From positions 1 to 59,339 of the forward strand of contig JANWYE010000001.1 of NCBI GenBank assembly GCA_025057175.1: a stretch of DNA of 59,339 nt. The letters run 5' to 3'. The translations under genes and the position numbers were made by a program. Origin of the DNA: Chloroflexus sp. Its GTDB lineage: Bacteria > Chloroflexota > Chloroflexia > Chloroflexales > Chloroflexaceae. How positions within the stretch are numbered: position 1 is the stretch's first letter; each line of letters opens with the position of its first letter. Positions 18,716 to 28,449 of this stretch are shown piece by piece. The notes beneath the pieces are model-generated. The model made no database searches. It was not told the origin of the DNA and saw only the letters and a program-made list of their open reading frames with translations.

Positions 18716-19068
18716 GACCCTCCTAACAAAAAGTGAATCGTATCAACTAACACCTTCGCCTCAACCGGTTCCGGCACGATAGCGATTGTCCAATCGCTGG
18801 CGTAGGGCACCGATTGCAGCTCGTTCATTGGCAGTGCGCTCACGATTACAATCGGCACATTCGCCGTCGCCTCATCGGCGCGCAAGCGTTCGATCACCTG
18901 TTCTTCAGGCGAAGACAACGCCGGCATTGCGACAATAAACAGGGCCGGCAATTCTGCCGGAAGAGTGTCAGGGGTATAAGTTGTGACGCGAAAATCTTGG
19001 CCGGCGATCAGCGCCGCCAACCGTTGCGCGGTCGCGCCATCGGTCGAGACAATGGCAATCTCTCGCAT
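18712..19068 (-). CDS. Stand-alone CheY-like pseudo-receiver protein
   Basis: Receiver-like pattern (IAIVSTD...PALFIVAM...RLRADEATANVPIVIVSA...IVPEP) without the phosphoacceptor Asp and conserved Lys. RBS GGAGG before ATG 19068. Confidence 0.7.
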   Translation of the reverse strand: MREIAIVSTDGATAQRLAALIAGQDFRVTTYTPDTLPAELPALFIVAMPALSSPEEQVIERLRADEATANVPIVIVSALPMNELQSVPYASDWTIAIVPEPVEAKVLVDTIHFLLGGS

Positions 19069-19128
19069 GCTTTCCTCCGCATTGCAGTGCGCATGTTGCC
19101 CCATTGTAGCACACTGCTGTTCGTTCTG

Positions 19129-19911
19129 CTACTCTTCGCTGCTGCCGGGCACAATCGCGTTGAAGCCGGCATCAACGTAGTGGATCTCACCGGTGACACC
19201 CGATGACAACGACGAGCAGAGGTAGAGGGCGGCATTGCCGACATCCTCGATGGTTACATTGCGTCGCAGCGGAGCGTACTCGGCGAAGTGCTTGTGCAAG
19301 CTGCGGAAGTTTGAGATGCCGCTCGCGGCCAGAGTACGGATCGGGCCGGCGCTGATAGCGTTTACCCGAATCCCACGCGGGCCAAGACCGGCAGCGAGAT
19401 AGCGCACGCTGGCTTCGAGCGCAGCCTTGGCTACCCCCATCACGTTGTAGCTGCCAATCACCTGCCGGGCGCCATGGTAGCTCAGCGTGAGCACGGTCGC
19501 GTTGGGCGCAAAGATCGGTTCGGCAGCTTTGACCAGCGCGATCAGCGAGTAGGCGCTAATCTCTAGCGCAATGCGGAACCCTTCGCGGGTGGTGTTGAGA
19601 ATGGTGCCGCTTAACTCCTCTTTGTTGGCGAAGGCAATCGCGTGAACGAGAAAGTCGATCTGGCCAAACGTCTCGCGGGCGCGTTCCATCAAGGCGGCGA
19701 TGTCTTCATCTTTGGCAACATCGCATGGCACGATCAGCGGAGCATTGAGACTCTCGGCTAATGGGCGCACGCGCCGTTCAAGCGCCTCACCGAGATAGGT
19801 AAAGCCAATCGTCGCCCCTTCGCGGTGGAGTGCCTGCGCGATGCCCCACGCAATCGAGCGGTCATTGGCCACGCCGAGAATCAGCCCCTTCTTGCCTTCC
19901 ATGAGGCCCAT
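19129..19911 (-). CDS. fabI: Enoyl-ACP reductase (NADH)
   Basis: GKKGLILGVANDRSIAWGIA, YNVMGVAKAALE and NAISAGPIRTLA. Confidence 0.96.
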   Translation of the reverse strand: MGLMEGKKGLILGVANDRSIAWGIAQALHREGATIGFTYLGEALERRVRPLAESLNAPLIVPCDVAKDEDIAALMERARETFGQIDFLVHAIAFANKEELSGTILNTTREGFRIALEISAYSLIALVKAAEPIFAPNATVLTLSYHGARQVIGSYNVMGVAKAALEASVRYLAAGLGPRGIRVNAISAGPIRTLAASGISNFRSLHKHFAEYAPLRRNVTIEDVGNAALYLCSSLSSGVTGEIHYVDAGFNAIVPGSSEE

Positions 19912-20163
19912 AAGTTATTCCTCCATCTGTTGCGTCACTGAGGATCATTCATGTTTGGGCAAAAGTTATTTCGCCTCACTAGCGCGCCATCTTACCATAC
20001 TTTGGCGCGCTGGTTTTGGTGCGCATTGATACAAAGAAGGGAGATGTGAGGTTTGTCTAGCAATGCTGTCCTCATTCCCGTAGCCAACATGTGGTAGGAT
20101 GACCGCATAACGGCGCATCGCATGGGATACGCCTGCACCTTGGTTTTGGAGAGGAGTCTGTTT

Positions 20164-21111
20164 GTGAGGCTAGATTGGTTGTTTCAGCGGGCGGCGTGGC
20201 TAGTGTTGGCCGCGAGCCTCGTATTGGCCGCCTGTGGCGCGCCGTCAGGCCCGACGGTGGCCGGTTCGCCGACCAATGCGCCATCTGCGCCAACCGCATC
20301 GTCGGTAGTGGCGCCAGAAGGGGCAATTGCGCGCGTTGGTGATGGTTTTATCTTGCGGCGCGATTTTGATCGCTTCTATCTGCCCGGCGCTGACCCGAAA
20401 GCGCTGCTTGATCAGATGATCGATGTCGAATTGGTGGTGCAGGCCGCTCTGCAAGAAGGAGCGACTGTTGATGAAGCCAAGATTGATGAACAAGTGACTC
20501 AACTGCGGCTTGCCCAAGCTGGTGGTGATGATGCGCAGTTTGCTGCGTTTTTGCAGAGCAACAACATCGCTGATGAAGCAGAGTTGCGCCGGTTGCTGCG
20601 CCGCGATGCCTTGATCGAGCAGATGTTGCTCAAGCATACCACTGCCGAACAGGTGCGCGCGCGCCATATTCTGGTAGCAGCTACACCGGAAGAGGCGGAA
20701 GGCCGCAAGGCAACGGCTGAGGCAATCTTGGCCGAATTGCAGAATGGCGGGGATTTCGCTGCGCTCGCTCGGGCGCGCTCTGATGATCCGGGATCGGCGG
20801 CCCAAGGCGGCGATTTGGGTTGGGCGCCGCGCGGTGTCTATGTGACGCCATTTGAAGAGGCGGTGTTCAGCATGAAGCCGGGTGAGTTGCGCTTGGTGCA
20901 GACCGATTACGGGTGGCATATTATTGAAGTGACCGCTGGGCCTGAAGTGCGTTCATTCGATGATCGATCCCTCCTCGAAACTGCCGCTGGCCAAGAAGCA
21001 TTTAGCGCCACCTTTTTGCCATGGGTGGCCGAGTTGCGCAGCAAGGCGGAAGCGGACGGTAAGATTGAGGTTCTTGTTGATTTGACGACGTTGACCCAAT
21101 CGGGGAACTAA
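20164..21111 (+). CDS. PpiC/parvulin-type peptidyl-prolyl isomerase lipoprotein (PrsA/SurA-like)
   Basis: Lipobox LAAC; VRARHILV, FAALARARSDDPGSAAQGGDLGW and TDYGWHII. Confidence 0.9.
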   Translation: MRLDWLFQRAAWLVLAASLVLAACGAPSGPTVAGSPTNAPSAPTASSVVAPEGAIARVGDGFILRRDFDRFYLPGADPKALLDQMIDVELVVQAALQEGATVDEAKIDEQVTQLRLAQAGGDDAQFAAFLQSNNIADEAELRRLLRRDALIEQMLLKHTTAEQVRARHILVAATPEEAEGRKATAEAILAELQNGGDFAALARARSDDPGSAAQGGDLGWAPRGVYVTPFEEAVFSMKPGELRLVQTDYGWHIIEVTAGPEVRSFDDRSLLETAAGQEAFSATFLPWVAELRSKAEADGKIEVLVDLTTLTQSGN

Positions 21112-21543
21112 TAAACGTTCGCGTTCATCTCTATAGTGAAGGGTGGATAGTGTAATTGGCGAGCGATGAGATCATCATGGTGATGGTGCGCGGTAGTGCA
21201 ACTGCCGTATTTCAAGCCCAACATGAACTTGAGCGGATGCTTCCGTAGGTGATGATAATCGAATATGGCATGCGGCAGTTACACCGCCGCATGCCATACG
21301 CACGCTGTGCGATGAGTTATGGTGGCAACTAATGTCTTTGCACAAACTTAGGGTGTTCTCGTGAAGGGATGGTTCGCGCCTGCGCAAGGGGTTGCTGCGG
21401 AGGCGAGGGAATGTAATGTATTCCTCCTTTGCCCCGCACACGAGCAGGTGATGGACGTGACGACATGGCAGATATTTTTACCCAGAACTCACGGGTTTTC
21501 AACCCGCAGCGAACTTTCTGCTCGCAGGAAGGACGTGATGACC

Positions 21544-23253
21544 ATGATGCATCGTCTTTGGTTGCTCTGCTTATTCGTCCTTGCCGGGTGTAGCGCGGCT
21601 CCGCTCCCCCCTACGCCAACCCCGCTGCCACCATCGCCGCTCCCATCACCCCTAGCAGCAACGGCGACGGTGGCGTTGCCGACCGCTGTGCCAACGCTGA
21701 CGCCGGCTGTTGAGGCGACGCCGGCGCCGGCATCGCCGACGCCGTTAGCCCAGCCAAACGTGGTGGCTCCGGTGTATCCGGCAGAGATCCTCTTTTTGCG
21801 GAATGGGACGCTCGTGGCGCTCGATCCGGCGAGCGGGCGTGAGCGGGTGTTGGCTCCTGAGGCGCGTGATGTGGCGATTGATGCTGCTGGCCGCCAGATT
21901 GCCATCGCCCATGGACAGACAATAAGCGTGATTGATCGCCAGAGTGGCGAGGCGCGGGTGGTAGTACGTGACCGCGCGGTGTATGGCCTGAGTTGGACGC
22001 CTGATGGCTTGTCGTTAGCCTATGCCGCTGCCGCCGATCCACCTACCTTGCCGTTCAATTGGGAGCGCTGGAGCCGCTGGTGCGCGGCGGCGACGGTCGC
22101 TATCTTCGATTTGCCTACCGCCACTGAACGCGCAATTGGCCCCGGCTGCGATCCGGTTTTTGCCTCTGATGGTCGCCGGCTGGCTTATGCCTCACCACCA
22201 ACTGTTCAACCTGCTTTTGTGCCCTTCCCCGGTCAGACCAATGCGGTCCGGCTGGTCAATCGCGCCGGCGCCAATGCATGGAACTTTGCCACTGCTGATG
22301 GTTCGCCAGAACAAGGCTATCTAGTTTACGCGCCGGCGTGGTCGCCCGATGCGCGCGAAGTGGCCTATCAACGATTCCTTGGCTATCAGGCGCTGGTTGA
22401 CGTCAATTTGACAATGATTGCCGATAGTCGCGAGGGGGGAGGTTCGCCAGTCTTGGCCGGCGCTGGCTGGCATCGCCCGCCTGCCTTCGCTCCCGATGGC
22501 CAACGGTTGGCGCTGGTTGAGTATAACTTTAGCGATGCGCGCGGCTTTACCGGCTACGACGTCTGGCTGTTGGCATTAGTCGAGCTAGAGGGAGAGCGAC
22601 GGGAAGTAATGCCGAGTGGCGATCTTATGCTACGCGGTCAACTGGTTGCCCGTGTGCCACGCATTGTTGCCGCAGCATGGTCGCCTGACGGAGATGCTCT
22701 CGTAGTGCTGGCACCGTCTGGTTGGAACCCGGCGATAGATCGTAACCAGACACTCTATGTGGAAGAGGCGCCCGGTGAACTTTGGCAACTCTCGTCGAGG
22801 GGCGAACCGCAACGCCGGTTGGCGGTACAGGTTGATTTCACTAGCCCGCTGATCTGGGCGCCGGCTGGGTTGGCAACAGCTCAGATTGATGGTGGCGCGA
22901 TCATGTTTCCGGCTGAGTGGGAAGTGTTGCCGGTTGCGCAGGCTGGCGAGGTGGCAGCGACGGGCAATGGCCGGTTGGTAGGCCGGCGCGCAGTGGCTGA
23001 CCCGGCTCTTCTGAGCGAATCGGCATGGCCGCGGTTAGTGGCCGATTGGCTGACAGTCGCGCAGGCTGACACGCCGTATCAACTGCCTGACGGCAGCCGG
23101 CTGGTCATTTTCACTGGTCAGGCCGCAAATGGCAGTCCTATTGCCGGCGCGGCGCGGCTCATGGATGGCGCGATCGCGATTAGCTATGCGCCGCAGGCCG
23201 AGTGGCCGCGTTATCGGGCAACCGGGATTGGGTTGGCGCTGGCCGCAAGGTAA
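21544..23253 (+). CDS. Lipoprotein with a Pro/Thr-rich linker and TolB/PD40-like beta-propeller
   Basis: Lipobox LAGC, PTPTPLPP linker, repeated (L/P)xWSPDG / FAPDG motifs. The start could be 21538, 21544 or 21547. Confidence 0.8.
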   Translation: MMHRLWLLCLFVLAGCSAAPLPPTPTPLPPSPLPSPLAATATVALPTAVPTLTPAVEATPAPASPTPLAQPNVVAPVYPAEILFLRNGTLVALDPASGRERVLAPEARDVAIDAAGRQIAIAHGQTISVIDRQSGEARVVVRDRAVYGLSWTPDGLSLAYAAAADPPTLPFNWERWSRWCAAATVAIFDLPTATERAIGPGCDPVFASDGRRLAYASPPTVQPAFVPFPGQTNAVRLVNRAGANAWNFATADGSPEQGYLVYAPAWSPDAREVAYQRFLGYQALVDVNLTMIADSREGGGSPVLAGAGWHRPPAFAPDGQRLALVEYNFSDARGFTGYDVWLLALVELEGERREVMPSGDLMLRGQLVARVPRIVAAAWSPDGDALVVLAPSGWNPAIDRNQTLYVEEAPGELWQLSSRGEPQRRLAVQVDFTSPLIWAPAGLATAQIDGGAIMFPAEWEVLPVAQAGEVAATGNGRLVGRRAVADPALLSESAWPRLVADWLTVAQADTPYQLPDGSRLVIFTGQAANGSPIAGAARLMDGAIAISYAPQAEWPRYRATGIGLALAAR

Positions 23254-23330
23254 GACAAAGCTATCGCGCGCCGGTTATTGGTCTATAACCCCGCCGCAAT
23301 CTCATCTAGGCGGGCGCAGATTGAGGCCAC

Positions 23331-23365
23331 ATCGTAGCGACGTTGCAAGGCAGCGTCGCTACGAT
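23331..23365. repeat. GTAG-type REP palindrome
   Basis: ATCGTAGCGACGTTGC-AAG-GCAGCGTCGCTACGAT, a near-perfect inverted repeat containing GTAG...CTAC. Confidence 0.7.
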
Positions 23366-23382
23366 TCTTTGCCGCCATGACG

Positions 23383-23391
23383 TGTTATAAT
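23383..23391 (+). promoter_or_regulatory. Extended -10 promoter for ppa-NUDIX-ybeY
   Basis: TGTTATAAT about 45 nt upstream of the ppa start. Confidence 0.55.
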
Positions 23392-23435
23392 CTTGCGGTA
23401 ATGGGTTAAGCTACGTTATGCGAGTGAGGCTACCA

Positions 23436-23987
23436 ATGCAGAACCTATGGCACGATCTGGAGCCCGGTCCAGACGTTCCGAATGTGATTCACGTTGTGGT
23501 TGAAATCCCGAAGGGATCGCGCAACAAGTATGAATTCGACAAGCGGATCGGCGCGTTCCGCCTCGACCGGGTGCTCTATTCGGCGGTGCAATACCCCGGC
23601 GACTATGGCTTCATGCCGCAGACCTATTACGATGACGGCGATCCGCTCGATGTGCTGGTCATGACCAACTTGCCCACCTTCCCCGGCTGTATTGTCGAAG
23701 CGCGCCCGTTGGGCCTGTTCCGTATGCTCGATAAAGGTGAGCCGGATGATAAGGTGTTGGCTGTGTTGCAGTACGATCCCTTCTTCGCCGATTACCACAA
23801 CTACACCGCTTTGCCGGCGCACTATTTGCGTGAAGTCGAGCACTTCTTCACTGTCTACAAAGACCTTGAAGGCTCACGGGTCGAGCCAGTCGGCTGGGAG
23901 TCGGCGGATGTCGCTCGCGAGCGGATCCAGTACTCGATCGATCGCTACTGGGATATGCGCGCCGGTCGCGTGCTCAAGCGAGCCTGA
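23436..23987 (+). CDS. ppa: Family I inorganic pyrophosphatase
   Basis: VEIPKGSRNKYE, YPGDYGF, DGDPLDVLV and DDKVL. Confidence 0.96.
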   Translation: MQNLWHDLEPGPDVPNVIHVVVEIPKGSRNKYEFDKRIGAFRLDRVLYSAVQYPGDYGFMPQTYYDDGDPLDVLVMTNLPTFPGCIVEARPLGLFRMLDKGEPDDKVLAVLQYDPFFADYHNYTALPAHYLREVEHFFTVYKDLEGSRVEPVGWESADVARERIQYSIDRYWDMRAGRVLKRA

Positions 23988-23998
23988 CACAGACATCC

Positions 23999-24457
23999 AT
24001 GACTTCACGCCGCTCATTGTCACATCGCACAGCCTACTCGGCTGGCGGTGTCATTTATCGGATTGTCGCCGCGCAGGTCGAAGTGGCGCTGATTGCCACC
24101 GATCGCGGTGAGCGTTGGGGCCTGCCCAAAGGGCACGTTAATCGCGGTGAGACCGCCGAGGCTGCGGCTGTGCGTGAAGTTGCCGAAGAGACGGGTCTAG
24201 AAGGCGTAGTCGAGCGCCATTTGGCGACGATTGAGTATTGGTTTCGGTCGGGCACGGGCCGGGTGCATAAGTACGTTGATCTGTTTCTGCTGCGCTACGA
24301 GCGGGGTGAAGTGCGGCCACAGGCGGGTGAAGTGGATGATGCCCGTTGGTTCCCGCTCGATGAGGCGCTGCGCCGCGTTTCATTCGAGCGAGAGCGTGAT
24401 GTGCTCTTGCTAGCGCAGCAGGCGTTGCAGCGCGCCGCAGATGAGGCGAAACCGTAA
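23999..24457 (+). CDS. NUDIX hydrolase
   Basis: Nudix box GHVNRGETAEAAAVREVAEETG. Confidence 0.92.
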   Translation: MTSRRSLSHRTAYSAGGVIYRIVAAQVEVALIATDRGERWGLPKGHVNRGETAEAAAVREVAEETGLEGVVERHLATIEYWFRSGTGRVHKYVDLFLLRYERGEVRPQAGEVDDARWFPLDEALRRVSFERERDVLLLAQQALQRAADEAKP

Positions 24458-24518
24458 AGGGCGCAGAGACTGCGACTGGCCGCTGCGCTGCTTTGCTCCC
24501 CCAAGGAGAACGTGCGCT

Positions 24519-24980
24519 ATGAGTTATATCATTGAGGTGCTTGTCGATGAGGGGATCGAAGTTGATGCGGCGCTAGTCGAGCGCGCTGCCAGCACTGCGC
24601 TAGCCGCCGAACAGGCGCCTGCTGGATGTGAAATCGGCATTCGCATTACCACCGATGCCGAACTGCACCGGCTCAACCGTGATTTTCGCGGAGTAGATGC
24701 GCCGACCGATGTGCTCTCGTTTGCCGATGATGGCGATCGCGGGCCGTTTGTCGTTGCGCCCGATCAGCCTCGCTATCTCGGTGATATTGCGATCTCGTAC
24801 CAGCGGGTGCTGGCGCAGGCGGCAGAATATGGCCATAGTCCGGCCCGCGAATTGGCCTATCTGACCGTGCATGGCGTCTTGCACCTGCTCGGCTATGACC
24901 ACGAGCGCGGCCCCGCCGACGAGGCCGCGATGCGCGCCCGCGAAGAGGCGGTCATGGAAGTGTTGGGGTTGCCGCGGTGA
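24519..24980 (+). CDS. ybeY: rRNA maturation endoribonuclease YbeY
   Basis: LNRDFRGVDAPTDVLSF, LGDIAIS and HGVLHLLGYDH. Confidence 0.95.
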   Translation: MSYIIEVLVDEGIEVDAALVERAASTALAAEQAPAGCEIGIRITTDAELHRLNRDFRGVDAPTDVLSFADDGDRGPFVVAPDQPRYLGDIAISYQRVLAQAAEYGHSPARELAYLTVHGVLHLLGYDHERGPADEAAMRAREEAVMEVLGLPR

Positions 24981-24982
24981 CA

Positions 24983-25011
24983 GTAGGGGAACAGTGACAC
25001 TGTCTCCCTAC
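24983..25011. repeat. GTAG-type REP palindrome or bidirectional terminator
   Basis: GTAGGGGAACAGTGACACTGTCTCCCTAC between convergent genes. Confidence 0.65.
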
Positions 25012-25193
25012 CGTCGCCGACCAAACATTTGATCGATCCCGTAATCGATCACTAAATAGAGCGCGATCGCCAACAGCAACAATCCCCACCACGGCATCTG
25101 CACCCAGATCACGATGTGCAGCCGCGACCAGATCAACCAAAAGACGAACACTATGATCAACGTGCTGATCAGCGAACGGAGTTGGCGCGGCAT
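25008..25193 (-). CDS. Small membrane protein (61 aa, two hydrophobic segments)
   Basis: MPRQLRSLISTLIIVFVFWLIW...WWGLLLLAIALYLVIDY; starts 4 nt after the methyltransferase stop with a GGAG RBS. Confidence 0.75.
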   Translation of the reverse strand: MPRQLRSLISTLIIVFVFWLIWSRLHIVIWVQMPWWGLLLLAIALYLVIDYGIDQMFGRRR

Positions 25194-25197
25194 TTGG

Positions 25198-26346
25198 TTA
25201 CTCCCAGTCGTCATCTTCGGCAGGTAGCGGTGGCATTGGCGGTGGCGGCGCAACTGCACCGGCGACACGGATGTGTTCGCAAATGGTGGCCCGGTGCCCA
25301 AGCACTAGCACGCGGTGGCGAGCCGTGGCGCGCAAGACCGGCGCCGCGTGAGCGCGGGCGCGATCGAGGAGTTGCTGATCGGCTGCTAGTGTCACCAGCC
25401 GTCCGCCCGGCTTGAGCACTCGCGCAATCTGGCGCAATACATCACGGTACAGCTCATCGAGGTCTTCACCCTCGCCGATCTGGGTGCCGAAGGGCAGATT
25501 GACCGCCACCTTCGTCACGCTTTCGTCAGGCAACGGCAACTTCGCTGCATTCCACCGTCGTATCTCAATCTGGCCGCGCGCGCCACGCAGGTTGGCTTGC
25601 ATCGCCGTCACTGCCGCCGGGCTGATGTCACCGCCGTAGAGCATGGCAAATGGCCCTGCCGCTGCCCGTTCGAGCAACAATGTGCCAGCGCCGGCCATTG
25701 GGTCGAGAAAGATGTCATCGTCAGCCGGATAGGTTAGCATCACCATGGCTGCCGCCAATGCCGGGCGTAACGAGGCCGGCAGATGCGCGATCTTGCCGCG
25801 CAGCCGCAACGAGGGGTCCGAGAGACGAATCGCCACGATCAACTCTTGCTCGATCAACGTTGCCCAGACCTCCAGATCGGCCTCTTCCTCGATCGGCTGC
25901 CAGCGTCCCGGCCAACCATCGCGGATGGCGTCAGCAACGGCCCGGCCTAGCTCGCGGCGGTGGAAGCTATGCTTGCCGACCATGCGAGTCACAACGCGAA
26001 ACGTGCCGTTGCGCTTGCCGCCATTCAACCGCCGCCAAACCTCGAGCGCCGGTTTGACCGCCTCTTCGTTGCGCGTGGCAGCGTGGATCTGGCGCAGCCC
26101 GCGATCGTCGGGCGCGATTTTGAAGCCGCGCGTCGCGACCACGAAGACATCCTCAATCGTGCGTAGCGCCAACAATGGGCGCGGTGATCCTTGATGATCA
26201 AGCAGGATCAGGTCGTTGCGGGCCGGCACGCCGCGTATGCCGATTTGGCGCGGAGCTGGTCGATCCGAGTCGGGCCGGATCTTCTGCTCGACTTCGCGCC
26301 ATGTAAGCGCAGCAAGGCCGGGCAGGGTTTGCAGTGCGTAGAGCAT
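25198..26346 (-). CDS. THUMP-domain class I SAM-dependent RNA methyltransferase (Trm14/RlmL-like)
   Basis: ASLRPALAAAM, FLDPMAGAGTL and VNLPFG, with an N-terminal THUMP-like region. Confidence 0.85.
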   Translation of the reverse strand: MLYALQTLPGLAALTWREVEQKIRPDSDRPAPRQIGIRGVPARNDLILLDHQGSPRPLLALRTIEDVFVVATRGFKIAPDDRGLRQIHAATRNEEAVKPALEVWRRLNGGKRNGTFRVVTRMVGKHSFHRRELGRAVADAIRDGWPGRWQPIEEEADLEVWATLIEQELIVAIRLSDPSLRLRGKIAHLPASLRPALAAAMVMLTYPADDDIFLDPMAGAGTLLLERAAAGPFAMLYGGDISPAAVTAMQANLRGARGQIEIRRWNAAKLPLPDESVTKVAVNLPFGTQIGEGEDLDELYRDVLRQIARVLKPGGRLVTLAADQQLLDRARAHAAPVLRATARHRVLVLGHRATICEHIRVAGAVAPPPPMPPLPAEDDDWE

Positions 26347-26361
26347 AAATAGTTAGAACTT

Positions 26362-27450
26362 CTAAATAGTTTCAATGTAGGCAGTGATGATCTGATAGAG
26401 AGTTACTAAACTCGCAATATCTACCCATTCTTCCGCCGAATGCAGCCCTGCGCCGATCGGGCCGAGGCAGATAGCCGGCACGCCGATATGCGAATAGTAG
26501 CGGGCATCAGTAGCGAAGTGTTCGCGGTAGAAGCGTGGCGGCTGGCCGGTGTGGCGCTCGATCAGGTCGGCGATCTGGCTAACCTCGTGGTGTTCGGGAT
26601 CGGTGCGCAGGCCGGCGCTGGCCATCACGCTGACAAACTCGGCGGTGGGGAACGCGGCTTGCAAATCGGCCTGAATCGCTTCTGGCGTCGTGCCGGCTGT
26701 CCAGCGAATATCAAATGTCACTAGCGCCTCTGCCGGTACCTGATTGCGCGAGCCGGCCCCGACCCGAATTTCGGTCGGCGTGACCGAGGTGCGCCAGTCG
26801 TGTGGGCCGCTTGGCGGCGGGTAACGTTCGGTAATCGCCGCAATACCTTGAGTGAGGCGGTACACCGGGTTGTCGCCTTCCCATGGCCGTGAACCGTGGG
26901 CAGCGCGACCCGGAATGCGCAACTGTGCCCACATGCCGCCTTTGTGCTCAAACATAATCCCTAGATCGGTTGGTTCGAGGCAGAGCATAAAGTCGCATCG
27001 CCAGCCTTCGTCGCGCAGCCGGCCAGTGCCATGGCGTCCACCGATCTCTTCGTCGGTGACAAACTGGAAACCAACGTCTGGCGGGTTAGGGCGAGCGGCC
27101 AGATCGCGGATCAGGCGCATCATTACCGCCACGCTACCTTTCATATCTTGGCTGCCGCGCCCATAGATCCGGCCATCACGCACCTCTGGCACGAACTGAT
27201 GCGGCTGGCCGACCACCACGTCAAGGTGCCCATTCAGCATCAGCCGTGGCGCGCGAGTGGGGCGCAGCGTTGCCACTAGCGCCGGTTTTTCTTCGACGCT
27301 GCTACGTTCGAGATGGATGCCCGGCACATCGGCCAGATAATTGGCGACGTAATCAATCGCCGCCTGCAATTGATCAGGCCGGCTGGCGATGGTCTCAAAC
27401 CGGATCAAATCGCAGGTCAGGCGCGTCAGTTCATCGGCAAGTTCACTCAT
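26362..27450 (-). CDS. M20 family metallopeptidase/deacylase (ArgE/DapE-like)
   Basis: LNGHLDVV, YGRGSQDMKG, DEEIGG, AHGSRPW and LHSAEEWV. Confidence 0.92.
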   Translation of the reverse strand: MSELADELTRLTCDLIRFETIASRPDQLQAAIDYVANYLADVPGIHLERSSVEEKPALVATLRPTRAPRLMLNGHLDVVVGQPHQFVPEVRDGRIYGRGSQDMKGSVAVMMRLIRDLAARPNPPDVGFQFVTDEEIGGRHGTGRLRDEGWRCDFMLCLEPTDLGIMFEHKGGMWAQLRIPGRAAHGSRPWEGDNPVYRLTQGIAAITERYPPPSGPHDWRTSVTPTEIRVGAGSRNQVPAEALVTFDIRWTAGTTPEAIQADLQAAFPTAEFVSVMASAGLRTDPEHHEVSQIADLIERHTGQPPRFYREHFATDARYYSHIGVPAICLGPIGAGLHSAEEWVDIASLVTLYQIITAYIETI

Positions 27451-27657
27451 ACTCTCAATCCTGATCACGGTTGGCGCGCAGATGCAACGACGTTTGGCGG
27501 CGTTGCGCCTGCGCGCCCGATCGTTTTGGCGCTTTTCCTAGTGTACCACAGCCACAGAGACTGGTCGTGATCCAGCTTTGGAGTTTTTTCAGATTACGGG
27601 CCGTGCAAGCCTCGTAGGGGATTGCACAGCCTAAGCGGAGGCTTGTTCGGTTAGCTC

Positions 27658-28449
27658 TTACCTTGCCACCAACCGGCTGAACGGCGGCAAAATGCCGGGA
27701 GCGACTGCCCCAACGAGTGCGTAGAGGCGCGCCTTCCAACTAGGGTAGATATGGCGGCGGCGCGCAGCGATGCCGGCAAGGCTGGCCCGCACGACCGGCT
27801 CCGGCTGATCGACCATCCATCCCGGCACCCGCCGTTTTGGCCCGCCGCCGTATTGCGGCGCGTCGAGAATGTCGGTTTGGGTAAAGAAGGGGTAAACGGT
27901 GCTGACCCGATAACCATCGGCGGCGAGACCATCGGCGAAGCCGCGCAGGCCGAATTTAGCTGCGCTGTAGACACTGATATTGGGCAGCGCAGCCCGGCCA
28001 AGGATTGACGAGATAAAGACGATTTGGCTATGGGGGCGGTTGTGCAAGACGGGCAAGAGCGCCGCTGTCAGCCGGATTGGGGCGTGCAAATTGATGCGGA
28101 GCAGCCGTTCAGCGGCATCGGCCGGTATGGCGTTCAGCGGCCCATAAAGCCCAATGCCGGCATTGTGAATAATCAGATCAAGATCGGGCGCCACTTGCAG
28201 CACTTGCTGGGCCAAGCGGTCGCAACTAGCTGGGTCGCTCAGATCGGCTGGCAAGAGCGCGCGAATGCGACCGGGATGCGCGCTCGATTGGCTGCGGGCG
28301 GCAAACTCAGCCGCTGCCGTCAACCGTTGCGGGCTATGGCTACTCAAGATTAGATCGGCCCCGGCAGCCAGCAATTGGCGGGCAAACTCGCGCCCCAGCC
28401 CGCCGCCAGCGCCGGTCAGCAACACAACACGGCGGACAAACGCGCTCAT
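27658..28449 (-). CDS. Short-chain dehydrogenase/reductase
   Basis: TGAGGGLG, HNAG, S...YSAAK catalytic motif; ATGA overlap with the R2lox stop. Confidence 0.92.
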   Translation of the reverse strand: MSAFVRRVVLLTGAGGGLGREFARQLLAAGADLILSSHSPQRLTAAAEFAARSQSSAHPGRIRALLPADLSDPASCDRLAQQVLQVAPDLDLIIHNAGIGLYGPLNAIPADAAERLLRINLHAPIRLTAALLPVLHNRPHSQIVFISSILGRAALPNISVYSAAKFGLRGFADGLAADGYRVSTVYPFFTQTDILDAPQYGGGPKRRVPGWMVDQPEPVVRASLAGIAARRRHIYPSWKARLYALVGAVAPGILPPFSRLVAR

